Below are positions 40,769-50,238 of a DNA stretch of 64,000 bases, piece by piece; position 1 is the stretch's first letter; each line of letters begins with the position of its first letter. The stretch is from Octopus sinensis (Eukaryota), in NCBI RefSeq assembly GCF_006345805.1, contig NC_043005.1:45756001-45820000 (forward strand), read 5' to 3'. A program made the translations under genes and the position numbers. The notes beneath the pieces are model-generated. The model saw only the letters and a program-made list of their open reading frames with translations, ran no database searches and was not told the DNA's origin.

Positions 40769-42823
40769 AAATATATGACCCACACACATATATATATGTT
40801 AAATGTATAGCAGGCTTCTTTCAGTTTCTGTCTTCCAAATCCACTCACCAGGCTATGGTCAGCTCGAGGCTATAATAGAGGACACTTTCTCTGGGTGACA
40901 TGCAGTGAGACTGAACCTGGAACCATATATTTGGGAAGCAAGCTTCTTACCACATAGTAATGCCTGCACATGTTTTTTATCATCTACTTTACCATGCTTG
41001 TATGGATCAGATGGAATTCACTGAGGAAGATTTTCTATGGCAAGACACCCTACCTGTTGCCAACCTTCACCTGTATCCAAGTAAAGTAATACTGTCTCAT
41101 GGTCAAATATGTAGGCAAACTTTGTGGATGTAAATTATGTTGTATTGACAATTTATATAAATGTATAATTGGGTTATAAAATATGTCTCTTCGTTTTAGG
41201 CTCGAAAAGTAGAAGAATTAGGAAAAGCTGATTTAGAAGAAGAATATAAAAAAAGGTTCAAAATGGTTTATGTACCAAACTGGTTTTCAGTAGATCTTAA
41301 AACAGGGGTGAGTTTCTCTTCTTTTTTTCTTCTCATTTTAATTTTTGTTAGAGCTGTATAATATTGTCTGCGATTGCATGCTAACAGTTTTCAATGTTTT
41401 TATTTAATGATATTGGACCTTAATCTGTGAAATTATTTAATAAAGTTTTCTTCTATAAGTTAAAAAGAAACTTTTCTTTTCACTTTACAATTTTTTTTGT
41501 TATAAATCTAATAAACCCAGCCAAAATATAGTTATGAAGATCATACGAAATTAAAAATAACTTAAATGTTGCTACAAAAAGGCTTGTCAGTGAATATTTT
41601 TCAATAAATAACAGTTTATCATGATAGATGTCTGATAAGGTTGTTGTGTTTTATCTCCTAGTTAATTCAGTTGAAACTATTTGTTCTTCTGTCTCATATC
41701 TTGGTGGCTGTTTTTCCTTATTTGACTTGTAGCAATAATTTCCATTTCTCTTTGCAAAATAAGACTAGTTTGTACATGAACAACTATTAAACAGATAGTG
41801 ACTATCATATTTTAAACTAGCTATTTTAATGCGTTTAATGTCAACTAATAACCTAAGTTATAGTACAAATCAAAATATTTTTCTTCAGTGTTAGATATTG
41901 CTTAAAAGTTATGGGTTTCAATAGTCTCTTGAAATTATTCTACATCTCCATTTTTTTTTTTGCCATTACTCATCAAATCAGAGCTTAACATCTCTTGATA
42001 CTTAAATACTAGACTAGTTTACTGATTGTGTTTGTTAACTGTGTTTTGTGAAACCTTGATGAAGATTATTTCTTGTAGCTGTTTATAACTTACTCTCTCA
42101 CTGGCTGTTTCTTAAGTCAGTCTGAAATAAGAATTATTTAAATTTCTTGTATGGTATAAACAAGAGGATTGATCTGAGATTGTTTCGTTGAACAGTGACT
42201 GTCATATTTTGGTACTCTTGTTTCTTTTTGTTTTAATTTTTAGATACAGTAAAAATATACATTATTTATTCATTTCTAGATTAGAGGCCAGTGATCAGGT
42301 CACAGGTGTGGTTGAATGTTAGATTATAGAAATAATAGAAATTTATAGAAAATTAAAATGGTTATTAATAGCATTCTGTGTGTGTGTTCATTAATAAGCA
42401 AATTGCAAACATAAAAACTAAACAGTTTCTAAATTCTATTAAAATGAAAAATTTATTGAAGTAAATGGAAAAAACGATGTTTTTAGTGTGATCTTCATAC
42501 TTATCACTTTATTTTGATAACGTATTTTTATTTTTCTGTTTCCTTCTGCACACATCAATGTCTAACTTTTTGTAAACTGTTGATGAGAATATGTTTTTTT
42601 TTTTTTTTAATTCCAATCTAACCTGGCTGGTTGGTGAGAATTACTTGCATGTTTGTGAACTTCTTATCCTAATATCTGGGTTTGTCTGGTGTTTATTGTA
42701 TTCGCCTCTTGATTCTGTGCCAGTTGCTGATAATTCACCTGGAAGAGTCAGATTGCTTTGCTGCCTGGATGTCTTCAAAGGAGCTTGGAATTGCAACTCC
42801 TCCTGATGGACCTGATACAAAAT
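6793..42823 (+). CDS. WDR48: WD repeat-containing protein 48 (UAF1), partial spliced CDS: 12 exons; start exon and 3' exons not in window
   Basis: Exons 6793-6939, 17583-17658, 19443-19525, 22067-22196, 26674-26864, 28923-29027, 30945-31064, 34148-34219, 35471-35561, 37895-37992, 41200-41307 and 42724-42823 all have AG/GT borders and compatible phases. They join into one 1321-nt open frame colinear with human WDR48 residues ~17-460 (from recall). Confidence 0.97.
10690..10919 (-). mobile_element. tRNA-derived SINE, family A (head GGTGGTGAGCTGGCAGAA)
   Basis: Full-length copy with 18-bp TSD cctttgtcatttttatat; B-box-like gagttcaaattcc. Other copies at about 2470-2684, 6331-6545, 14924-15148, 21740-21935, 25338-25760, 33424-33630, 46693-46915, 55801-56015 and 59765-59972. 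Confidence 0.85.
13161..13536. repeat. ~375-bp near-perfect AT-rich palindrome within an insertion bounded by (TA)n
   Basis: aaattaaaatagagatattctattgacaat... pairs with ...attgtcaatagaatatctctattttaattt; apex gttccat-tatag-atggaac at 13337-13355; (TA)n at ~13144-13158 and ~13649-13670. Confidence 0.9.
16560..17070 (+). pseudogene. Decayed, internally deleted mariner transposase
   Basis: [41 protein letters not shown] and [25 protein letters not shown] (mariner WVPHxL and YSPDLAPSDF motifs), with stops and frameshifts. Confidence 0.85.
17583..17658 (+). CDS. WDR48: WDR48 exon B (76 nt, phase 0/1): [25 protein letters not shown]
   Basis: gttag|GAT...ACA T|gtgagt; [10 protein letters not shown] motif. 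Confidence 0.96.
17700..18046. repeat. ~350-bp imperfect palindrome (foldback) containing a hammerhead motif
   Basis: agggaaataaagaaagcttctaacaatgc... pairs with ...gcattgttagaagctttctttatttccct; apex gcaagcaactctccaa-cct-ttggagagttgcttgt with loop at 17877-17879. Confidence 0.9.
17962..17999 (+). ncRNA. Minimal type-I hammerhead ribozyme motif
   Basis: CCUU-CUGAAGA-C-GGG(CCUUUGCA)CCU-GAAA-UA-U-A-AAGG: stem I CCUU/AAGG, core CUGANGA and GAAA, palindromic AUAU stem III, predicted AUA cleavage after 17995. Confidence 0.6.
18398..18780 (+). mobile_element. tRNA-derived SINE, family B (head GGCGCAGGAGTGGCTGTGTGGTAAG)
   Basis: A/B-box-like tgtgtggt...ggttcagtccc, body ggatttggtagayggaaactgaaagaagccc. 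Other copies at about 1835-2445, 9676-9960, 14780-15360, 24520-24892, 29222-29590, 38685-39425, 40540-40970, 49212-49552 and 51628-52015. Confidence 0.85.
18928..19348 (+). mobile_element. Tandem pair of ~225-bp piggyBac-like MITEs (family of about 11 copies in the window)
   Basis: ttaa|ccctttagcat...atgctaaa(a/g)gg|ttaa. Other copies at about 8959-9327 (interrupted), 19700-19915, 20920-21147, 28417-28592, 31150-31492, 36738-37133, 50985-51196 and 59984-60205. TTAA target and CCC terminus suggest piggyBac. Confidence 0.75.
19443..19525 (+). CDS. WDR48: WDR48 exon C (83 nt, phase 1/0): (L)[27 protein letters not shown]
   Basis: gacag|TG...AAG|gtaatt; near-identical to recalled human sequence. 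Confidence 0.96.
22067..22196 (+). CDS. WDR48: WDR48 exon D (130 nt, phase 0/1): [43 protein letters not shown]
   Basis: ttatag|GAT...ACA A|gtaagt; overlaps ORF 22073..22303. Confidence 0.97.
23030..23300 (+). mobile_element. Highly decayed RTE-like LINE ORF fragment
   Basis: [15 protein letters not shown] resembles the RTE motif ACVLSTLLYGSETW. Confidence 0.5.
26674..26864 (+). CDS. WDR48: WDR48 exon E (191 nt, phase 1/0): (T)[63 protein letters not shown]
   Basis: ttccag|CT...CAG|gttagt; WD40 GH...WD pattern. Confidence 0.96.
26925..27403 (+). mobile_element. 5'-truncated RTE-clade LINE 3' end with (TGA)n-type tail
   Basis: [34 protein letters not shown] is a typical RTE ORF C-terminus, followed by the ggaagggcatc...ccatgccagcatggaaa tail seen many times in the window. 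Confidence 0.8.
28206..28416 (-). mobile_element. Non-coding hammerhead-bearing element beside (TA)n; probable Penelope-like pseudo-LTR or retrozyme remnant
   Basis: Starts right after the (TA)n at 28191-28205, retains CpGs and carries the 28310-28344 motif; class inferred from the known association of minimal hammerheads with Penelope-like elements. Confidence 0.5.
28310..28344 (-). ncRNA. Minimal type-I hammerhead ribozyme motif
   Basis: Minus strand reads GUUU-CUGAUGA-A-GAGC(UCU)GCUC-GAAA-CG-U-U-AAAU: stem I GUUU/AAAU, perfect 4-bp stem II, palindromic AACGUU at stem III. Confidence 0.65.
28923..29027 (+). CDS. WDR48: WDR48 exon F (105 nt, phase 0/0): [35 protein letters not shown]
   Basis: ttttag|TGC...CAG|gttagt. 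Confidence 0.96.
29755..30546 (-). mobile_element. Young CpG-rich RTE-tail element with internal ~62-bp tandem repeats and a ~170-bp duplication
   Basis: (CAT)n tail at 29755-29775; three units ttttatgtgccaccgacacaggtgccagaYgaggctggc at ~29927-30111; block ~30041-30213 is repeated at ~30376-30545. Confidence 0.75.
30945..31064 (+). CDS. WDR48: WDR48 exon G (120 nt, phase 0/0): [40 protein letters not shown]
   Basis: ccacag|GCT...AAG|gtaaat; [11 protein letters not shown] motif. Confidence 0.96.
33630..33996 (+). mobile_element. Non-autonomous Helentron/HINE-like rolling-circle element
   Basis: 5' ttattacctccgcc...aaggcaga, tttgtttgtctgt repeat, 3' subterminal ggcagaggt complementary to acctccgcc, terminal hairpin gcact...agtgc, T-rich insertion site. 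Confidence 0.65.
34148..34219 (+). CDS. WDR48: WDR48 exon H (72 nt, phase 0/0): [24 protein letters not shown]
   Basis: ctatag|CTT...TGG|gtaagt; WVATT motif. Confidence 0.93.
34296..34920 (+). mobile_element. Head-to-tail array of three family-A SINEs separated by (TTA)n
   Basis: Heads at ~34296, ~34521 and ~34695, each preceded by attattatt. Confidence 0.8.
35471..35561 (+). CDS. WDR48: WDR48 exon I (91 nt, phase 0/1): [30 protein letters not shown](G)
   Basis: ttgcag|CCA...AAA G|gtaggt; matches recalled human SGDYDND...PLCTQPDQVIKG. Confidence 0.93.
35625..35920 (+). mobile_element. tRNA-derived SINE, third family
   Basis: Head gaaggtgcatagctaagtggttaagg, body gtccttgagcaagacgctttatttcac. 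Related copies at about 11878-12192, 20065-20310, 58510-58775 and a truncated head at 54119-54170. Confidence 0.7.
36738..37133. mobile_element. Two adjacent, oppositely oriented piggyBac-like MITE copies
   Basis: Forward copy ends ctgattgctaaagggtta (~36909); reverse copy runs ccctgtagtattcagattac...ggtttaaacactaaatggttaa. Confidence 0.75.
37895..37992 (+). CDS. WDR48: WDR48 exon J (98 nt, phase 1/0): (G)[32 protein letters not shown]
   Basis: catcag|GT...ACG|gtaagt; overlaps ORF 37852..38151. Confidence 0.96.
38114..38639 (-). mobile_element. Non-autonomous hAT (Charlie-like) transposon carrying the transposase C-terminus
   Basis: TIRs cagggatcaccaaa / tttgatgatccctg; perfect 8-bp TSD tcttaaat at 38106-38113 and 38640-38647; minus strand reads [37 protein letters not shown] (hAT dimerisation motif). 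Confidence 0.9.
41200..41307 (+). CDS. WDR48: WDR48 exon K (108 nt, phase 0/0): [36 protein letters not shown]
   Basis: ttttag|GCT...GGG|gtgagt; [19 protein letters not shown] identical to recalled human sequence. Confidence 0.97.
42724..42823 (+). CDS. WDR48: WDR48 exon L (100 nt, phase 0/1): [33 protein letters not shown]
   Basis: tgccag|TTG...AAA T|gtaagt; ESDCFAAW motif. Confidence 0.95.
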
Positions 42824-43410
42824 GTAAGTGATAAACAATTCAAGAATAATAGGTGGCAAACAGTTTTATTCTTGGGTTATCTGTTGCCTTAGAGTACCTC
42901 AGCAGTCAACATTGATTTCAGTGCAGTTTTAGTTTAATTCTGCATGCAAATAAATTTCTAATTTTAATCTAATAGCTTAATAATCTTTTCTTTTGTTTAA
43001 ACAAATTTTTGAAAATTTTGAATTTATTTAATTTAATTGCTTTGTTTATTTATCACAAATATCTTATAATCCATATAAAATTAGAATTGAAACTTCTCAG
43101 TGATTCTTGTTTAGAAAAACAGCTGAATTTGCATAATTAAAATATTTACTTTCTTACACTTTCTGAAGCCTTACTGTAGTGAGAAAAAAGTGTAATATTT
43201 TGAAGTTACTCTTAGTCAGGTGTTAAAAGAATATAAATGGTAGTTTTAGTGTAATTATACTTTATATGCACAAGCAGTATGTTAATGTATTATATCCTGC
43301 ACAAAAAAATCACATTATATCTTGTTTGCTTTTAACTCAAGTGTATTGAACCAAAACGGGGGATTTTATTTTTCTGTTGCTTTCTCGACATCTCTCTCTA
43401 TTCTTTGCAG

Positions 43411-43434
43411 CTATCATGGAGATCAGTCCACTTT
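43411..43434 (+). CDS. Candidate 24-nt phase-1/1 microexon of WDR48, (S)IMEISPL
   Basis: Long pyrimidine tract tttctgttgctttctcgacatctctctctattctttgcag|CTATCATGGAGATCAGTCCACTTT|gtaaag; in frame with exon L, no stop. Confidence 0.45.
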
Positions 43435-46400
43435 GTAAAGTTGTTTTCCTACCTCTGCCATACTTTTTCTTTTTCTTCTTGGAATTGTGCCTTGCAAGAC
43501 AGTGTTTGACAAGCCTAATGATCTGATTACAGATATTACAAACAATTTTCAAACTGAAGATCTGTTATGTGCTGCCTTGAAAATTTGTTTGTCAGCCATC
43601 ATCATCTCTTACTGGAAGTTTCAATCTGTTCATAATAACTTTTATCTCTAATAAGAATTACTGTGTGACATTTCTGTCACAGTTAAAGATTTACTTTCTC
43701 GATAAGAATGGTAGTAGTGAAAGCCATTCCCCAGCCTACCAAATCAGGAGATTACAATTCATGAAGTTACCTATTTGCTTGGGTCAGTTCAACTGAAATA
43801 TTTTCCATACTATCACAGACTTGTTTGCTTCAGAAATATTATTATTACCTCAAACTCTGCTTGCAATATTTGGTCACTAGATTATTATTTATTTTTTGGG
43901 TTGTGGTGGTAGTGTGATGATGACCCAATCATCTTTGGTCAATTCTCTTTTCCTTCATTCAAGTCTCTTTTGTAAAATTCTTGTTAATTATATTGTCCAG
44001 CTCTAACAGTTTCCCTTCATTTATTCTTTGATGATCATAAACTGCCTATTGCTTAGCAGTAATCTATCATTACTTCCTTTGATAGTGTTTGCCAAGGATC
44101 CCATTGTTTATCGAAGGTGGAGGTTATACCAAGGATCAACAAGATGTTGGCTTGTCCTTAATTGTTACTCGGAAGATTTCTAACTCTTGAAAGATTCCTC
44201 AGCCTTACATGGTCAAATTTGACTTCCATGAACTCTGTTATATTTTTACTGTGTTGATGTCTCAGTATCTACCCCAAACTGGTAACTTAGAGACCCTCAA
44301 TGCTGGTAGAAATTTCTAACTTTACATTCAAATCCTGTTAGACTTGCTTAGTGTGAATGTTATTCTGTATAGAAGATTCACTGGTAATAACTATATAGTT
44401 GAACCTATTTTCTCATTCTTAATGAACTGAACACTTCAGTTTACATTTAATAAAAGAAATTTTCTATTAACAGCTGCAGTAATGATAGGGTTAAAACATA
44501 TTCAATTATTAAAAAAAAATCATTTGGGTGCGGATGACATTAGATCTTGATGTACACCTGAAGCTGTAAATAAAATCTTGTAAATTTTGGTTTTTCTATC
44601 CAAAAAGGTTTTTTGAACCATTCTTTACACATTATCTATAGCTTTATGCATGTTTAAAACCCACTGTTCCAAAAATGAATTATTTCATATTTTCTCAAAT
44701 GTTTATAAGTTCTTATGATGTCAATATGTGTGTGTTGTATGTGTGTATTATAAAAAGAAGAAATATTTCACTGTAGCAATATGAATCTCTCTACATGTCA
44801 CAAGCTTCAGAAATCTACTAATTGGGTTTTAATTCATATGTACTAAATAATGTCATCTTAGTTAATAAGTCATCCCATTACAAATAGCATTTCTCAAATA
44901 ATCTTATATAGTACCTTTGATTAACTGAAGCAAGAAGAACATGGTGTCCTACCTCAAAATAGTCAAGGAATAAGACAAGGTTACAGTGGAAATGTATCAG
45001 TGACCTAGTCACAAATGTACAGTGGAAATGTTAAATTTTCACAAATTTGATTGAATGCAGTGGTTTTTGTATATTATTAAATGGTTAGAATGGCTTCGGT
45101 TTTAACATATGGTCTCGGACAAAGTCACTAGATATGTTTGACTCCAAAAACTCTCTTGAGATCCAGTGAAAGATTCTCTGATCCTCTTGCATGGTTGCTT
45201 AACTTGAAGAAAGAACAGCCTAATCTTTCTCATATTAAAGCTTACTGTTTTGAAAGTAAGTTGAGGACCATTAGATAATGATATTCATAGGTAATGTGTG
45301 ATAATGTATTCATTGATAAGTCATGACTGCGAGGACAGGATAGTCATGCTTTGACAACTTTGATCTGATCTGAATTCTCCTCAGTCAATGCTGACATGAG
45401 AGTGAACAACAATACCAGCCTCTCTGTCTTGTTAAAGATAATTACATTCTACCCTTCCTTAAGTAAGTCTCTTGTAACTGTAAGATTCAAACTAATTAGC
45501 TATCAAACTGTTATTTCTAGATATTTTCCACGCATTAGCTTTCTTCCACTGCCGTTTGTAAATGTTTATCCCTAACCATAATTACCTCCCCTGTATCTCG
45601 TACAAATTCCACTGGATGTTAGAATTATCACTTTAAATTACCTGGTTTTGTTATACCTTACTTCTTCATTTTAGATAACCAAAAATACAGTAATATGATA
45701 TATATTTCTTCTTTTAGTTGGGATAAATACTCATTACTTATAATTTGCTCCAGCATATATACAAATTAAGATTAATAATCTATCATATAGTCTTAAATCT
45801 GAAATGAAATAAACCATCACATTTTTGTGGAATGTCAATATCAGTTTTGGATGTTGATGTAAAAATAGGTTGAATAATATGATCTGTCATCAAAAGGATC
45901 AGGAACAATATATTAAGATATTGGCACTGCAAACAAAATGTCATGCAGAATTTGTTATAATATAGGCGCAGGTGTAGCTGTGTGGTAAGAGGCTTGCTTT
46001 ACAACTTCATGGTTTTGGGTTCAGTCCAACTGCATGGCACCTTGGGTAAGTGTCTTCTACTATTGATCCAGGCCAACCAAGGCCTTGTAAGTGAATTTGG
46101 TGATCAGATCCTGAAAGATGCCTGTAGTATATGTGCTGAGTTCAAATTCCACCAAGTTTAATGTTGACTGTCATTCTCTTGGAGTCATTAAATTGTTTTG
46201 ATTAGCAGTTAATTACTGGAGTTGAATTAATCAACTAATACCACTCTGTAAATTTCTGGTCTTGTGCATATGTGATAAACAGTTATAGTTGTTAATAAGG
46301 ATGATCAAAAACAGTAGAAAGATAGACATAATAACCTTATGGTGTTTAGCGATGTCACTTTATGTTCTGAGTTCAAATCCTATTGCAATTTTTTTTTTTC

Positions 46401-49400
46401 ATTCTTCCTTTTGTGTTCGATAAACTAACACCAGTCAAGTCCTGAGATCCATCCAGTCAGCTGTGCCAGTGTTGTACTTGTGTCAGTCATTGGGGAAAGT
46501 GGATGACAATTAGTAGCACAAAAGGACAAAATATCCTGATAGTATTTAAAGAAAATCTCTTTGTAACCTAAGTTCAAATAACTCCAGGGTTGAAGAAATA
46601 ACTACTATTTAACTTCTAGGTTTGGTAATTGACTACCCTCTTCCCAGAATTTTGTGTTAGAAATCTTCATTATTATTATTAATTGTAGTGGTAAGGCAGT
46701 GAGCTGGCAGAATCATTAGCATACTGGGTTACGTGCTTAGTGGTATTTCGTCTGTCTTTACATTCTGAGTTCTAATTTTGCTGAGGTCAACTTCGCCTTT
46801 CATCCTTATGGGGGGTTGATAAAATAAGTTTGAGTTTAGTACGGGGGGTGCAATCTAATTGACTAGACCCCTTTCCCCAAACTTGCTGGCCTTGTGCCAA
46901 AATTCGAAATCATTATTAGCAGTAGTAACATCCCTAGTTCATATCTTGTTAGAGGCCAACTTTACCTTTCATCTTTCTAAAATTGAATTAACAAGTTACA
47001 TTCAGATATTGCGTTTGACATAAAGACTCTATTCGTTGATGAAAAAGAATTTTCTATGAACTGTAATTAATTTTTGTGAATGTGATCATTTCCTTTTGTT
47101 TTTTAATTTGTTTGATGTTATTGTAATTATTGCTGGAGTTTATTCAGATGTCTCTTTGTTAGAAATTGTATCACTGCACATGTCCAACTTTTGATAATTT
47201 TCTTTATTTGAAAATGTATATGTATGTATGTATGTCTGTGTGTAATATGTATATATCATGTGTAGATGCAATAATTTGTTTTTAAATACATATTGTGTCT
47301 GAACAATATTTTTATAAACTTTAGCATTTTAATGTATTTGTTAATTTTTCACTCATTACCAAGTAACTAAACCAAATCTCAGTTTATTTATTACAGGTCT
47401 GTTTTACCTATAGAATTCAACTTTTATTCTTATTTTATTCTAGAAACCAGAAATTGCTGGAAAAATTTTGTTTTTCCCATTTCTTGCCTTAAATTTACTT
47501 GCGTGTGTCACCACTTTTCGAACCTAGCTAAAGTGACTCCAAAAAATTATACCAGGATGGTTATTGATATAAACGGAAGAAATAATTCTGCCTTATTTTA
47601 CACACTTTGTAGTTTTTGTTTCAGTTTTCACTTGTTTTTTTCCCCCTATGACCAAGTACATTAATAATCGTTAGCATCAATGTATGCAAATTTCTGCCCT
47701 CACTTCTCTCTCACCTCGCACACATGCATATAAACATGCATTATACATTTATTTACAAATACATATACATATGTATTTACATGTACAGCACAAGCAAGGG
47801 TATATGGTTAAGAAGTTTACTTTCTATCCACATGGTTTTGGGTTCATTTCCACTGTGTTCAAAATCTTTGGTGCTACGAGAAAAGCACCCAGTACACTCT
47901 GCAAAGTGGTTGGCATTAGGAAAGCCATTCAGCCATAGAAACATGCCAGAACAAATATTTGGAGGCTGGTACAGCTGTCCCTCTTGCCAGCTTCCATCGA
48001 ACCACCCAACCCATGCCAACATGGAAAATAGATATTAAATGTTGATGATGATGATACATATATATTTACACATACAACATGGGCATGGTTGTGTGGTTAA
48101 GAAGTTTGATTTCCAACCGCATGTGTTCAAGTTCAATCTCACTGTGTTCAAAATTTTAAAAGGCTGCTGTGTAAAATAGACCATTACTTAGTTACATATA
48201 ATTCATTTACCTGTATCTTGTAATACTGAGCTAAAGTAGGTAAAAGAGTTTCTTGTTACATAATTAAATCAGCTTATTGAAAATTCTTCGTCATTAATTT
48301 AACATTCATTTTCCATGATGGCATAGATCCAGCAAGCTGCAGGACTCTGCCAAGCTCCAATTGTCTGTTTTGGCAAAGTTTCTATGGCTGGATGCCTTTC
48401 CTAACAGCAACCACTTTACAGTGTGTACTTGGTGCTTTTTATGTGGTACCAAATAAGTTGCAAGACTGAAAGAGAGAAAGCTCTTTTGGCATTGAAAAGG
48501 TTGAGAACTACTGTTAGATTTCTTATCTGAACTACTGTTATATGGAGATTTGTTATCACCAACAACAATGTGAAATCAGTTATTTTTGGACGTCATCTAA
48601 AATTGACTGCAGTTGAGTTGACTCATTCAATTAGATAATTCTCTGCTAGCTGTTGTTTGTTATGTTTTGCATGCAGCTTGCTTAAAAGCTTTTAGATGTG
48701 TGTAGAATTTAGCAACTGAAGTTATTCCTATTTATCTCACAGAATGCAGAGTTCTTTACTTTAGATTATGAGCCAAATAAAGGATAGGTAGGACTAGTTT
48801 TATACAAGCTAAAGCTGAGTTTGTTGAATGTTTGTGATTGTGTCTGTAGCAGAAAGGGATATTTTTTTTATTGTGTCTATGTGTGTATGTATCCACTTGG
48901 TTCCACTCCTCTCTCATCCAAGAAGACTTTTGTCTTGCAAGGTACTTGGTGACCCTGCTGGTGCCATGTGAAGAGTACCTGTGTTGGTGTCATATTAAAA
49001 GCACACTTGCTGGCACCGCATAAAAGGCACTCATACTGGTGGCACGTCCAACTGTAGAAACCATACCAAAACAGACAGCTGGAGCCTGGTTCAGCCCTCC
49101 AGCTTGCCAGCTTCTGTCAAACTGTCCAACCCATGCCAGCATGGAAAACAGATGTTAAATGTTGATGATTTTATATATATATAACGATGATGATGATGAT
49201 GATATATATATAGGGGCACAAGTGTGGCTGTGTGGTAAGAAACTTGGGCAAGTGTCTTCTACTACTATAGCCTCAGGCCAACCAAAGCCTTGTGAGAGGA
49301 TTTGGTAGATGGAAACTGAAAAAAGCCCATTGCATATATATATATGTATGTATGTGTGTCTGTTTTTGTCTCCTCCACCATCACTTGACAACCGATGTGT

Positions 49401-49702
49401 TTATATCCCCATAGCATAGTGGTTCGGCAAAAGACAATAAAATAAGAACTAGGCTTACAAAGAATAAGTCTTGCCGGCAGTTAGTTTGACTAATGGTGTT
49501 GCTCCAGCATGGTCGTAGTCAAATGACTGAAACAAGTAAAACAAGTAAAAGAATATATACATCTGTATGTGTGATGCATGTATCTTTGTTTTTGTTTTGT
49601 AGTTGGCATTGAAAAGTTAACATTGGGAGTAATTTGTTTGTTTGTTTTTAAATATAGTGCAGAACATTGATATGCACCATCAGTTCTCATGTTAGCAAAA
49701 AC

Positions 49703-49741
<39 letters not shown>

Positions 49742-50190
49742 AAGAGAGATGGTTTTGTATGAAATGATTGGTTTTAGTTGAATCTTGCTCATGTTTACTT
49801 TTTCACAACTCATTCATAAATCTCCCCTGTATTTTACCATCCATCATATCTCAGACTTGCTGCTATCATTCCAGTTTTCTTAAAAAATTTTCTTGTTGTT
49901 TTCTCTAGTGTTTAAATTTCTGGTTGAATATATGAAAAGAATCAAAAGCATTTTGATCAACTTGGTAAACTCTCATTTTACTACATGTTCAGAATTTCAC
50001 TTTTTTTTTTTTTTTTGACTTTGAATATTGCTTCACATATTGATAACTTTGGTATGAAATTATCTCCGATTTAATGTAAACCAAAATTGCATTAAAGGGG
50101 ACAGGCAGGGCTGGAAATAAAAAAGATACAAAACACTGCACATTGCTACCATCTCACTCTGCTGACTCCATATTTGTGAAATGCTTGCAG

Positions 50191-50238
50191 GTGGGACGAC
50201 AGATGACTCTACTGATGCCTTAGTGGGATTCCGGAAGC
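50191..50238 (+). CDS. Candidate 48-nt phase-1/1 cassette exon of WDR48, (C)GTTDDSTDALVGFRK
   Basis: Branch-like gCTGAC at 50161-50166; ttgcag|GT...AAG C|gtgagt; GC-richer than its flanks; in frame with exon L, no stop. Confidence 0.6.

Noticed and set aside
49637-49685. Minus-strand CUGAUG followed by a GUGCA/UGCAC hairpin
   Set aside because: No GAAA box or stem III; insufficient for a hammerhead call.
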